Shown here: piece by piece, positions 39,329 through 54,520 of the stretch
Position numbering within the stretch: the first letter of the stretch is position 1
Layout of the letters: each line of letters opens with the position of its first letter
Assembly (NCBI GenBank): GCA_951406725.2
Contig: OX597830.1
Location: forward strand, 15,190,001 to 15,254,000
Direction: 5' to 3'
From: Octopus vulgaris
Taxonomy: Eukaryota
DNA: 64,000 nt
Translations under genes and position numbers: made by a program
Notes under the pieces: model-generated
What the model saw: the letters and a program-made list of their open reading frames with translations, nothing else
Told to the model about the DNA's origin: nothing
Database searches by the model: none

Positions 39329-39607
39329 AAGGGGGAGTTTCGATCAAAAGGGATCGTAAAAGGAGAGAAAGAGGACAAAAAAAGGGGGTTTAAAAAAAAG
39401 GGGGGAGGAAAAAAATTGATCAATAGGGATCGTTATCACAGAAATGTCAATATGAAGTGTAAAGGGGAGGACAGGTGAGGTTTACCCGTGGAAAGAAAAG
39501 CCTACGGAAAAGACCACGGTAACCTCGGTCAATGAAGTCACATTTTATATTTCTTTTTTTTTTTTTTTTTTTTTTGCAAATAAGCAACTCTCTGTTTTCG
39601 ATTTCTG
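39210..39607 (-). mobile_element. Tx1/L1-like LINE 3' UTR fragment (copy 1)
   Basis: Ends GCCCTGTGTGGCTAATAAAGAAACATA followed by TCTATCTA; homologous to copies 2 and 3. Confidence 0.8.
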
Positions 39608-39711
<104 letters not shown>

Positions 39712-39714
39712 TAG

Positions 39715-40987
<1,273 letters not shown>

Positions 40988-40999
40988 ATATATATATAT

Positions 41000-41042
<43 letters not shown>

Positions 41043-41231
41043 TTATATGCATAGATTTTTTTTATTCGGTCGCTAAATTACATAAGTTTATCTAAGACCG
41101 AAAGTTTTAGACAGTTTAATAAATGTGTATGCATGTATGTATGTATGCATACATGTATATATGTATGTATGTATATATATTGTGTGAATGTATGTATATA
41201 TTGTGTGAATGTATGTATATATTGTGTGCGT

Positions 41232-41294
<63 letters not shown>

Positions 41295-41597
41295 GAAATA
41301 TTACCTGACATATGAGTGACAGAGGAAATATACTTTAGCCACTATGGCTAATAAATATCAGGAAATATGACACACGTGCAATAATTATGATTTAACTTCT
41401 GTCCACTTTCTTGGAGCTTATAACAAAATGATGAAATTAATACTAATTTCCAAAAGAAAAATAATTACCTTAAAATGAGGTTAAATAAAACAATATTCAT
41501 GGAAAAAATTACTTTCCCTGGAGATTTTATATAATAGTTCACGCACACATACAAACACATATACACACTGCCACACACGCACAAGCACACGCACACA

Positions 41598-41797
41598 CAT
41601 GCATACTCACCGACTTACACACACACACACACATGCATACTCACCGACATACACACACACACACACACATGCATACTCACCGACATACACACACACACAC
41701 ACACACATGCATACTCACCGACATACACACACACACACACACACACATGCATACTCACCGACATACACACACACACACATGCATACTCACCACATAC

Positions 41798-41800
<3 letters not shown>
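41598..41800. repeat. Minisatellite, six units of CATGCATACTCACCGACATA(CA)n
   Basis: GCATACTCAC at 41601, 41635, 41671, 41709, 41749 and 41781. Confidence 0.92.
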
Positions 41801-41832
<32 letters not shown>

Positions 41833-41837
41833 CACAC

Positions 41838-42595
41838 ACAAGTCGTTTGGACTAATTTTGACAATTGTTTGCATCCTCTTTTCAGTAACAGCTCCAGGTA
41901 CTCGTGAACAGTCAACGGCGTTGGAGAGCATAGAAATTAAAGCTGTAGTTGAGAAAAAGCTGATATGGAGGATCCATCTGAATACTGAAAATCCGTGATG
42001 ATTCGCGCCGGATAACAAAATGCCGGCATCACGACCGCTGCTGAATACTGTGAACACTGCCCGTAAGATGTGACATGGACATCATGAAAAACCAGGTTCC
42101 TCCAAACTATGATGGGCTTTGGATGTGTTTCCAATGAGGATGACATCATGCCGCCCCAGTTCTTTGCTCAAGGCTTTAAGCTTAATTCAGACTTCTATGC
42201 GAACAGCTGGAGACTGTAGTAAAACCCTGGCTGGAGAGGGTTGTTTCTGGTCTCCTAATAACCCCGATTGTAATCCTGTGGATTAGCATGTATACGGCGC
42301 GATTGAGAAAGGCATTAACAACTCTGACTGCAACGCCAAGGCCGAGCTAGGGACCAAGCTCAAGGAGAAGTTCAAAGATCTTCCCAGGGACACAGCGTTG
42401 AATGCATGCGCTAGGTTCCGGAGTCATCTTGAAGTCGTGGTGGAAACGAGGACGGCTACTTTGAGTAAACTGTTATCCTCCAGCCATAATCTAGTTGACA
42501 TTTTGAGGCTTTTAAAAATACTTTCATTTTTGGGGTGGGATATTGTGTTTAATTTTCCTTTTATGCAAACTGTCAGATTTAGTCGAGACACCGCG
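41838..42595 (+). mobile_element. Internally deleted Tc1/mariner element of the maT (DD37D) type with transposase relic
   Basis: TMMGFGCVSNEDDIMPPQFFAQGFKLN..ETVVKPWLERV..FWSPNNPDCNPVD*..ACARFRSHLEVVV..GYFE* (~42085-42468); imperfect TIRs; 3' TA. Confidence 0.82.
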
Positions 42596-42643
42596 TATTG
42601 ACTCCATCTTCTTCTCTGAGTTTGCAATCCTTTGTCTCTCAAT

Positions 42644-42705
<62 letters not shown>

Positions 42706-42899
42706 GTCATTTACCCACTATATCTGTCATGCACACATCCTGAATTTTTTGTGTTGACTCCCTGTGTTCCTTTTGGTTTCTTTTCGTCCCCGTCTCTTCT
42801 CTCTCTCAACACGATGTAAAGTGTGCCAGAAGAAATCAAGCAACCAACCAACCAACCAGCTGACATTTTATACCTGTTATTATGTATACATGTGTGTGC

Positions 42900-43625
42900 G
42901 TGTACGTATATGTATGTATGTATGTACGTAAGTATGTATGTACGTACGTATGTATGTTTCTATGTATGTATGTATGTATGTATGTATGTACGTATGTATG
43001 TATGTATGTAAGTATGTACGTATGTATGTATGTATGTATGTACGTATGTATGTACGTATGTATGTATGTATGTATGTACGTATGTATGTATGTACGTATG
43101 TATGTACGTATGTATGTATGTATGTATATATGTATGTATGTATTATGTACGTATGTATGTATGTAAGTATGTATGTATGTATGTATGTATGTAAGTATGT
43201 ATGTATGTATGTTTGTATGTATGTATGTATGTATGTATGTATGTATGCATATATGTATGTATGTAAGTATGTATGTATGTATGTATGTATGTATGTATGT
43301 ATGTATGTATGTATGTATGCATGCATGTATGTATGTATGTATGTATGTAAGTATGTATGTATGTATGTATGTATGTATGTATGTATGTATGTTTGTATGT
43401 ATGTATGTATATATGTATGTATGTAAGTATGTATGTATGTATGTATGTATGTATGTATGTACGTACGTATGTTTGTATGTATGTATGTATGTATGTATGT
43501 ATGTACGTACGTATGTATGTTTGTATGTATGTATGTATGTACGTACGCATGTATGTATGTATGTATGTATGCATGTATGTATGTATGTATGTACGTATGT
43601 TTGTTTGTACATATGTATGTTTGTA
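42900..43625. repeat. (TATG)n microsatellite
   Basis: Direct repeat with TACG/TAAG/TTTG variants. Confidence 0.97.
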
Positions 43626-43941
43626 TATACGTATTATGAATATATTATATTTATATTCTTACTTATGTTAATAATAATATTTATATTCATAAGATGCATT
43701 TCCCATCTTCGAATGAAACACGTGTAACACAGAATTAAAATGTAATAAAATTCATTTTATTACATACTTATTCTGCAAATATTATAATAAACCGGGAATC
43801 ACAGCTTATACGTATGATTTTCTCATTTAGAATAAAAGATCTACACACTTACACTTTATTACCTGAATATGCAAATGTTCCTCACGTGGACACAGCTTGG
43901 CTTATAATCCCTCCTGTATCTAATATAATCTAATGTTTCAT

Positions 43942-44052
<111 letters not shown>

Positions 44053-44074
44053 GTAGAGAAATATTATTTTTTAA

Positions 44075-44290
44075 CTGTTACTAATTTCAGTCATTAGAAT
44101 GCGGCCATGCTGGGTCACTGCCTTGATGAAGTTTAATCGAAAGAATCGACCATAGTACCTTTCTATTTATTCTATCGCTCTCTTGCACTGAATCGCTAAG
44201 TTACTGGAACGCAAACACACCAACACCGGTTGGGAAGCGGTTGAGAGGGAAACAAAGACGCAGAGGCACAGAAACCTACACACACACATA
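44075..44290 (-). mobile_element. SINE family A, 3' half, diverged
   Basis: TTTCAGTCATT..GCGGCCATGCTGG..AAACACACCAACACCGGTTG. Confidence 0.75.
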
Positions 44291-44339
44291 TACGTGTGTG
44301 TGCGTGTATGTGTGTTTGTATTTAGGTGTGAATAGATAA

Positions 44340-44372
<33 letters not shown>

Positions 44373-44409
44373 TAGACAGATAGACAGATAGACAGATAGA
44401 TAGATAGAC

Positions 44410-44453
<44 letters not shown>

Positions 44454-44455
44454 GC

Positions 44456-44498
<43 letters not shown>

Positions 44499-44970
44499 CC
44501 CCCATTAGTATCCAAACAAAATCAGCAAAGCCTTACACTAGTGACTCATATACTAACCAACTGACCTTTTTACCTACCTATATTCTTTTGTGAACCCCTA
44601 ATTAAACAACCCCCCAAGACTGAAGCTGACATACCTAAACACACCTGATTTCAAAGTTCTTCATGCATGACTGAACTCTGAATAATTAATCAACTCCAAA
44701 TTTAACCACTGAAATTCTTCTATCACGCCCGACCCTATAACCTAGTTATCATTCAACTGAGCTCCACCAATCCCAGGAAATTTTAACTTAATATATTATA
44801 TAAAACCAAAATGAATTCAAACGTACAACAGTTTGATGTTGGCTTAGCAGGTCGTGACTTCGCAGCCATTGATACTTCTTTTTGACTCGTGCAAATTCAT
44901 CCCAAAGACCACCCTAAGCTTTTTCTTGTTTATTTTCATTTTAGTTATGCAAATATTCTCTGTTCTTTAT

Positions 44971-45007
<37 letters not shown>

Positions 45008-45013
<6 letters not shown>

Positions 45014-45127
45014 AGATCACGTGACCAACCAGACCATCAGATGTTGCGACACATTGCTGGTCACAACGCGTTTGCTTTGTTTTAGCTTTCGAATGACGCC
45101 ACCCTGCTGGCTAAGCGAACAGGCCAA
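45008..45127 (-). mobile_element. Isolated tail of the 13604-type SINE-C, inside (TA)n
   Basis: Reverse complement matches 13792-13905. Confidence 0.8.
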
Positions 45128-45665
45128 TATATATATATATATATACATCTGGCTGTCAATCGAGGACAGTTGTTGTGCTGATGAGGCATAGCGAGGTAGA
45201 AACACGTGTTCTCAGGTGTTCGGTTGTATATAAAGAAAAGCATACCGTCTTCGCCCTAATGACATATCGACTGCAGAGAATTGTCGATTCCTTGTGATTA
45301 ATGAAATATTTCCCTTTCCCATTCGCAGCCCGTCGCAGAAGCAATTACGTGTTTGTATTTCTATAGAATAAGAACGGAGGCAATTTCAATAAATCGAGAA
45401 CATATCTTGTATTTACTATAACGTTCATTGCTTTGTTGTCCAAAGTCGTGCTACTGGCTATTCTGTTTTCTTTCTTTTAGTTTATTTCCTTTTAATTACT
45501 CTCTCTCCATACACACACACACACACACACACACTCAACTAGATACTATAGCATGCAAACGTACATACATTAGTGCCACTCAATACCGAATTGTATTATC
45601 ACATTTATATATAGTTCATCTACGAATTATTGACGTGTGAGAATGTTTCTTTTCTGTTTATAATA

Positions 45666-45787
45666 TACATGGTAAACCTACAGTTTTAAAGCCGGGCACT
45701 GCGTGTGTAAATTAATTATTATATTTAATTAAGCCTAATTAATTTACACACGCAGTGTCGGCTTTAAAACCATAGGTTTATCCTGTA
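45666..45787. repeat. Short foldback element (~50-bp arms), MITE-like
   Basis: GTTTTAAAGCCG(G)GCACTGCGTGTGTAAATTAATTA / TAATTAATTTACACACGCAGTGTCGGCTTTAAAAC; bounded by TA. Confidence 0.75.
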
Positions 45788-46359
45788 ACATATCAAAGTA
45801 TTCATCAATCTACATGGCAATGTGATAAGTGTAAACCAAACGTTTGACTTAAGTTGTACGTCCCATTCTCTAAAATATATAGATTTATTTATTTTCATCC
45901 ACAAATATTTTGTATGGTAAAACCGTAGATGGCTGCCACGTTCTCAGAGAAAGGGTTTATTTGAATTGCTGTTTAGTTCAGTAGTCGACTGTCTAAAATG
46001 TGTCAGTTATAAAAAGTTGACTGAGAAAGTGGGTCACCAGCTCTTGATGTAACCGGATTGTCGCAGCAAGTGTGAGACAAGTGGTTCCGCCCAAAAGCGC
46101 TGGGTGAGAGAATTATACCAACAAGGTCAGCCCAAGTATTCCAGCCCATCCTGCCATATCCTAACGCATTCCTTAACTATCCGGTTCAACAAGCTTTTTG
46201 GCTTTTTTTTTTTTTTTAACACCACCACTTTCTTTCTCTTTCTATTTATCTCAGCGGGAATCAAAGCCAAAACCGCATTTTCTCATTTCTTAATTTTCCA
46301 AAACGAAGAGCTATCTTTTATTTGTAAACACTGCTTCTAGTGAAACCGTTTTATTTTGC

Positions 46360-46456
<97 letters not shown>

Positions 46457-46504
46457 ATGTATATATATATGTGTATATATATATATATATTTATATCTTT
46501 CTCT

Positions 46505-46881
46505 TTCTCTTTTACTTGTTTCAGTCATCTGACTGTGGCCATGTTGGAGCACCGCCTTTAGTCGAGCAAATCGACCCCAGGACTTATTCTTTGTAAGCCT
46601 AGTACTTATTCTATCGGTCTCTTTTGCCGAACGGGGACGCAAACACACCAGCATCGGTTGTCAAGCGATGTTGGGGAGACAAACATATACACACACATAC
46701 ATATATATATGTAAACATATATACGACAGGCTTCTTTCAGTTTCCGTCTACCAAATCCACTCACAAGGCATTGGTCAGCCCGGGGCTATAGCAGAAGACA
46801 CTTGCCCAAGGTGCCACGCAGTGGGACTGAACCCGGAACTATGTGGTTGGTAAGCAATTTACTTACCACACAGCCACTCCT
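46505..46881 (-). mobile_element. SINE family A, full length
   Basis: Near-consensus copy. Confidence 0.92.
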
Positions 46882-46916
46882 AAACATATATATATATATA
46901 TTGCATATATAAATAT

Positions 46917-47325
46917 ATTGTATGGTAAAACATTTACTTCTCAGTCACATGGTTCAAAGTACACCTTGGACAAACGTCTTCTACAATAGCTTGGGGCCGA
47001 CCAAAGCCTTATAAGTGAATTAGATAGACGGAACCTGAAAGAAGCCCATTGTGTGTGTGTGCGTGAGTGTGTGAGTGTGTATGTGTGTATGCGTGTGTGT
47101 GTGTGTGTCTGTGTGCCTGTCTGTGTTTGTCCCCCTCATCACCGTCTGACAACCGGTGTTGGTGTGTGTATGTCCCTGTAACGTAACGGTTCGGCAAAAG
47201 AAGCCGGAAGTACTAGGCTTGAAAAACGACTAATGGGTTCGATTTTTTCGACTAAAACCTTTCAACGCGGTGCTCCAGCATGGCCACAGTCAAACGACTG
47301 AAACAAGTAAAAAGAATAAAAGAAT
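46917..47325 (+). mobile_element. SINE family A, diverged
   Basis: Body and tail match; head eroded. Confidence 0.85.
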
Positions 47326-47339
47326 ATGCATTAACTATA

Positions 47340-47495
47340 TATCACACCCTACACCCACATTTTTTTTTCTCTTTCTCTTTATTTTCTGTTATTCCTTTCT
47401 GTTGAAGAGCGTAGGCTCGAAACGTAAAACAAATACACCTGCTTTTTGTTCATACACCTGTCTTCGTCTTTCGTTTCTCTATAAAATTCGCCTAT
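47340..47495 (+). mobile_element. Probable Penelope-like terminal fragment
   Basis: GAAGAGC-GTAG-GCTC-GAAACG motif, shared with 48170-48360. Confidence 0.5.
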
Positions 47496-47601
47496 GTATG
47501 TATATAATATATATATATATATATATATGAATATTTATACGCACACCCATATTATATAGACATACATAAATGTATACATATTTATATAGAAAAATACAAA
47601 G

Positions 47602-47636
<35 letters not shown>

Positions 47637-47652
<16 letters not shown>

Positions 47653-48151
47653 TGTAGTTGTGTGAGTGTCTGTCCCCTTCGATTTAGATTCCTAACTCCT
47701 CCCACATTTTGCGGTGCAGTTTAACCAAATTCGGGTATCTTATAGTCGTGATTCATATCGAGCCCGTCTGACTATTAGCGCGCGTCAACGATGAGTCTAC
47801 GATTTTAAAAATAATTTAACATCATTTTTTATTCCATTTTAATGCATAAAATGCATCGTGTGTCGATGGCGGCGGAGTTGGTGTCCATGGTCACACCTGC
47901 ACCTGTTTGCTTCTCCCCCTTCTTCCCTCCCTCGTGAAGCTGTGGGGAAGGGAATGTAAGGAAATCAACGTCGTAAAGCGTTGTCAAGGAGACCAGCGTT
48001 CTTTTAGAACAACGACTTCATGGCTTGAAGACACCAAAACAGAAATGGCTAAGAAAGCCCGAATTGGCATCTATAAGGGAAGTAACTCTCTAAAAATGCT
48101 TATATAGTTATTTCCCTTACAAACCCGAGCAACGCCGGGCGATACTGCTAG
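47637..48151 (+). mobile_element. Non-autonomous Helitron (family H1), inserted in (TA)n
   Basis: Near-identical to 30980-31491; hairpin followed by CTAG|T. Confidence 0.88.
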
Positions 48152-48169
48152 TATATATATATATATATA

Positions 48170-48360
48170 GTCGCCATGATAGATCGTTAGCCACTACACA
48201 CATTTTTTTCTCTCCTTGTTTTTTTCTGTGTCCCTTTCTGTAGAAGAGCGTAGGCTCAAAATGTAAAAGACTTTTTCTATTCCTGAGCGTTATACTAATA
48301 CATCTGTTTGTTTTGTATTCCACCTGTGTTCATCTTTTGTTTTTTTCGTAAACTCTCTTT
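48170..48360 (+). mobile_element. Probable Penelope-like terminal fragment
   Basis: GAAGAGC-GTAG-GCTC-AAAA, TTCCTGAGCGT..TAATAC, ends in (TA)n. Confidence 0.5.
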
Positions 48361-48478
48361 ATATATATATAAATTATTGAATGTCAATAGAATATCTCTA
48401 TATTTAATTTATCTTTATATATATGCATATTTTACATATTGTGTGTGTGCGTGTGTGTGTCTGTGCCTGTGCGTGTGT

Positions 48479-48522
<44 letters not shown>

Positions 48523-48706
48523 CGGAGTAGTGGTGCTAAGCAGTGTTTAAGTATAAACGCAATTCAAGTTAGTTGAAGTATTTATGTCGAATAATTCAAC
48601 TGCTAAAGGCAAATTGCACTACAGTTACCGTGGAGAAAAAAAGTCTCTCTTATGATAAAAAGGTGTGAAAACACCTCATGCGTTCAGTGTCACCCTCTCT
48701 CGGGAA

Positions 48707-48751
48707 TCTCAGACACCGCTGTTTCGAGTTTATTGACTCTTGTCGATGAGA
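48707..48751 (-). ncRNA. Type-I hammerhead ribozyme relic
   Basis: TCTCA-TCGACAA-GAGT-CAATAA-ACTC-GAAACA-GCGG-TGTC-TGAGA: all three stems and the GUC site are intact; core mutated from CUGACGA. Confidence 0.55.
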
Positions 48752-48974
48752 AGCAACTCTGGACGAACTAAATAAAGCATATAACTTTGTATATAATTAA
48801 ACCAATACGTTGACTAATTTACACTAGCAAATCGATCGATCGATAAAAATATTGGACTAATGGCCCTAAGCAGGGTTTATATATATATTTCAATTGAAGT
48901 ATGTGACAAATATATTTCAACTAACCTAATAATGATAAAGAAAAAGAAATGGGTAAAGCGACTTATGGCCGTCG

Positions 48975-49797
<823 letters not shown>

Positions 49798-50769
49798 TTC
49801 ATGAGCCATTCTGACTGAATCAAATGTCTATATCTCCCTGTGATACATGCTCAACGTCGTTTCTTTTCTATTTACGTAATATTTGCCATTTTGTTTTTCC
49901 CACACTCTTCATAACACACCGATACGTAAACTGTCGGCTTCGAGTTACAATCGAACAGTTTGTGTTTGAAAATGTAATGAATCACCGACCAAGAAGATAC
50001 GATAAAGTAATAGGTAAGATCTCTTATTCTTTTTCTTGTTTTTTTTTTGTTTTTGTCATTGTTTTTTTTTTCATACAAGCTGTACAACTGATAGGTGTAG
50101 CTTTGTAAACAATATAACTAGAAAGAAATTGTATATCCCAACTAGATAATACAGAACAGTCTATCTGTGTGTGTGTCATTGTGCGTGAGTATGTGTGTGT
50201 ATCCTCGTGTGTGTGTGTGTGTGTGTGTGTGTACTGAGCTAATTATCCTTTTAATCTGTTCTCAAAGCAGAAATATTTATTTCTGACAACAATATTTTAA
50301 GAACATCAATACATTTTATGAATCTCTGATCTTTGAAATTCGTAGTTTCCATCAAACTTGAAGCAAAAATAGAATATTCTATTTAACGGGTGTGAATACA
50401 GTTTACAATATGAAAATGTTTGCAGAATTTCAGGACAATATAAAAATAATTATCTTCAAAGATCATAAGTGAAGTTTTCAATGTAAAATTTCTGAAGTAC
50501 TGTATCAGAAATTGCATGATGCCAAGACAACGTGCCGTAGAATTTTGTATGGGCAAATTTGAAACAAGGTAGGTCATATTTGCCGCAAATAAAGATAATG
50601 ATTTGTCTAACAATAGCACAATGTTAAATATTCTAATGGAAAGGAAAGAGAGACGGTTTGATTGAGTGTGTGTGTGTGTGGTCTTGGTTCGTACCTATTT
50701 TATCGGTACGTGAAAAATGAAAGGTAAGGTCGAACTAGGCGAGACTCTAACTCGAGATGTAAAGAGAGC

Positions 50770-50931
50770 TGGCATGGTTAAGAAGTTCGCTTTGCAACAT
50801 GCACGTGGTTTAGTGTCAGAGGCCCACTGCAAGGTACCTTGTGTGTGTGTGTGTGTGTGTCTTCTACTATAGCCGCAGGCCGACCAAAGCCTAATGAGTT
50901 GATTTGGTAGATGAAAACTGAAAGAAGCCAG

Positions 50932-50932
<1 letters not shown>
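50770..50932 (+). mobile_element. SINE family A, 5' half
   Basis: Head and body fragment. Confidence 0.75.
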
Positions 50933-51024
<92 letters not shown>

Positions 51025-51259
51025 TGTGTGTGTGTCTGTATGTCAAAAGGATGGATGACCATAATGTAAGTTCAACGACTTTTTAGCAATAGTTCGAACC
51101 CTCAGAAATTCTGGGTTGGTGTCACGTGTGCTGGAAGACCACCGGGAGTGAGGCATCCTTCAGATTTTATTAAAGCATGATTCAATTGGAAGGTCACTAT
51201 GTTATAAAACCTGATATGGAGGGGATGGCACTCAACATTTCGGGGGTCTTTTGCTGACG

Positions 51260-51590
51260 CTTGAAGCTATGGTGCTCCAACATTCTTGAGTCTGCGACCC
51301 ATATTGGCATTGGATATCTTTCCCTGGTTTCTCTCAGGATCATGTCAATATGGTGGATAGGATCTGTGAGGTGCTGTTCAAACTTTTTTTAACCTAAAAT
51401 TTTGGTTGTGCAATCGCCAGCGAGACAACTATCCGATGCTCAGTCGAGTAAGAGGGCGCGGTGGCGAGCATGAACGCCACAGAAGCGAACCCGGGTGAAA
51501 CTGACTGCTAATGCACAGAAATTGCTGGTATTTTGCATGGACAATGGTCAATGATGGTCTTCCTTAGTGACTAGTGGACAGTTATCACTA
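51260..51590 (-). mobile_element. Possible decayed RTE-like LINE C-terminus
   Basis: Minus-strand HIDMILRET..MGRR-like remnants resemble the RTE end (Y.D.I.RDTG..M.DR..W); weak. Confidence 0.35.
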
Positions 51591-51792
51591 TCTTCACCGT
51601 GAGTATATATGAATGTAGATATATATAGATATGTATATATATGCTTTTGTGTGTGTGTGGTTTTGTTTGTTTTTCCCCCTCCCCATCGCTAGAAAACGGG
51701 TGTTGATTTGTTTACGTCCCTGTAAATTGGCGGTCCAGTGAAAGTATAATTACTATATAGAATAATATATTAAATGCTAATTTAGAAATAAT

Positions 51793-51930
51793 AAGCTTGC
51801 TTACCAACCACATGGATCCGGGTTCAGTCCCATTGCGTGACACCTTGGGCAAGTGTCTTCTACTATAGCCGCAGGCCGACCAAAGCCTAATGAGTTGATT
51901 TGGTAGATGAAAACTGAAAGAAGCCAGTCG

Positions 51931-52026
<96 letters not shown>

Positions 52027-52208
52027 TGTGTTTGGGTTTCTGTGTTTGTCACTCAAACATCACTTGACAATCGATGCTGGTGTGTTTACGTCCCCGTAAC
52101 TTAGCGGTTCGGCAAAAGAGTAAAGAGAGAGTAAGTACTGGGCTCGACTAAACCCTTGAAGTGGGTATCACGGAATGGCAACAGTCCAATGACTGAGACA
52201 AGTAAGAG
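51793..52208 (+). mobile_element. SINE family A
   Basis: Body, internal TA/TG tract and tail. Confidence 0.87.
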
Positions 52209-53038
52209 ACATGTAAAGGATATGGACAATAACCAATAATATGAAATCCATATTAAAAAGGGTGATTGTAAGGTTGGAAACAATTACTAGTGTCTGTCGC
52301 AAAACAGACACTAACTCAGACTAATTAAATGTACATTGTATATAATGCGTTAAAATTTCTATTTTCCAGGATACTAACTTGATTAACCTATGTTTCCTTC
52401 TGAAGATAAGTTTATAGCAGTTTAAGCTAAATTTTCCATCTGCTTCAGTGGTTAAAAAAATTAAAAAGGAAAACCACCAGAAATCAACTCGAAGACAGAC
52501 ATAATAACAAAATTATTTACTATTGACAAAGTTGCCGTAATAGAGACATTAGTGATGTTAAAACGAAATCACATGAAAATGATGATGCTGATTAGTAATT
52601 CTCCACTAAATTTTTTCTACAGTCAGCCATTTTAAAAATGGAGAAATGGCTAGAAAACTTGGGTTTTCCAGAGAAATACTAAAAGAAAGTATAAGGAATA
52701 TAGGAAATAAGAACAATGAAAAGTCTTTCAAAGAACGCTTATTAAAATGGATTCATGAGTCATGTAGTCGGCTATTTCGCCATTAATGTCCAATATGTTT
52801 ATGAAAACAAATAAAAACACTGAGAGTAAAGGAGACCCAGTTATAAACACTAATAAATATTTTCATATGCGGAAGAAGTATTTGAAAATGTTTAAAAATG
52901 TTGGTTTTTAAGTATTGTTACCGTTAATTCTTAAAACGTTAAAAAAAACTGAGAAATTAATAAAGCTAGTAAAGAAGGCGCACAAATACTGGAAGATGAC
53001 TATGGCATTCTTGCAAGTGATCTACACACGGGAGAGAG

Positions 53039-53110
53039 TTGCATAGGGGCAACTGCGACTCCTTCTATCATATAAATATGATAGAAGGAGTCTCAGTTGC
53101 CCCTATGCAA
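53039..53110. repeat. 72-nt near-perfect palindrome (35-bp arms, one mismatch, 2-nt centre)
   Basis: TTGCATAGGGGCAACTGCGACTCCTTCTATCATAT-AA-ATATGATAGAAGGAGTCTCAGTTGCCCCTATGCAA. Confidence 0.95.
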
Positions 53111-54197
53111 TATATACATTATGTTGATCATACTGATACATGTGTATATTTAAAGAGCTAAAAACCACTATGTGGTCAGCCATATGCTAGAAATGGATCA
53201 CCTGCGATCAAACTAAAAAGTAAAGAATTTTCTCTAGAGAAAAATTCAGCGGACACCAGAACAATATGCGGGCAAGACCGATGAAAATTATATAAAAAAC
53301 AAGAATTAATTGCAGATCGGCGGTTTCGCCTATTAACGAATAAATCACTTACGTAATCCCTTCGTCCGTATGTTTTTATGTTGATCATAGATAGTGATAT
53401 AAATATATTCATTGGCTATTCAAAGCAAATAGCCGTTGCAACCCAGGGCCCAAAAAGAGATATTCTACAAACTCACGCAAGGAAAGGAATTATTTGGGGG
53501 TCAACCGACACGCTAGCACTTACTATATATAATGAAGCGTTTGCTTGAATAATAATTTTTTTTTTAAATACAGATAATGAATATCTCCCGCTAAAAGACA
53601 TAATTAGAAAGTCTGTTTTCTCGTCGCTAAAAGTTATTATCTGAGGGTTTAATATCTGGCTTCAAGTTGCATCGGAAAAGTTTAGCATATCACCTCAACA
53701 GGAGTGGAAAGTAATTACTGGTGGAATTGTATCTTCAATGAAAAAAAAGAAAAATATATCGATGGATAGCCTTCTTTTGTTAGCTGCGATTTATATCGAT
53801 TCGATAAATTGAATTGTGCAGAACAATGTCAAAATTGCTAGAGGCAAAGAAGAAATCATTGAAGTAGCAATTCGCATGAAAGGGTTACAGGTTTATTAGC
53901 AGAAACTCTTGAACCAAAGGGCGAAGAAACTAGTAACTGAAAATTTTGTTGAAGACATACTTGAACAAAACGAAGCATTCAAAAGCAAATGATGCCATTA
54001 AAATGTAAAAGTAAGACATAGCAATGTCCAAATAAGGAAATTTCGGAAAGATATTGTTGTTGTTGTTGTTGTATATTGAAGGAAATGGAAAAATATGAGT
54101 ACTTACTGAAACTCATATAGAAGTCGTCGAAGCTTATCTAGCGGCTTTTCGTCCGTTTTTACATTCTTTGTTCAAATGCTGCCGAAGTCGGCTTTGT

Positions 54198-54520
54198 GGA
54201 GGTGCAATGGCCCAGTGGTTAGGGCAGCGGACTCGCGGTCGGAGGATCGCGGTTTCGATTCCCACATCGGGCGCATTGTATGTGTTTATTGAGCAAAAAC
54301 ACCTAAAGCTCCACGAGGCCCCTGGCAGGGGGTGGGGGGGTGGCGACTCCTGTTGTACTTTTTCACCTTAACTTTCTCTCACTCTTTCTTCCTGTTTCTT
54401 GAGTAACGCTGCGATGGACTGGCGTCCCGTCTAGCTGGGGGGGAACACATACGCCACAGAAACCGGGAAACTGGGCCCATGAGCCTCACTAGGCTTGAAA
54501 AGGGCGCATAAGTAAATAAA
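54198..54520 (+). mobile_element. SINE family C (second tail type) nested in an older SINE-B (~54120-54635)
   Basis: TSD AAGTCGGCTTTGT / AAGTCGACTTTGT; tRNA-like head. Confidence 0.9.
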
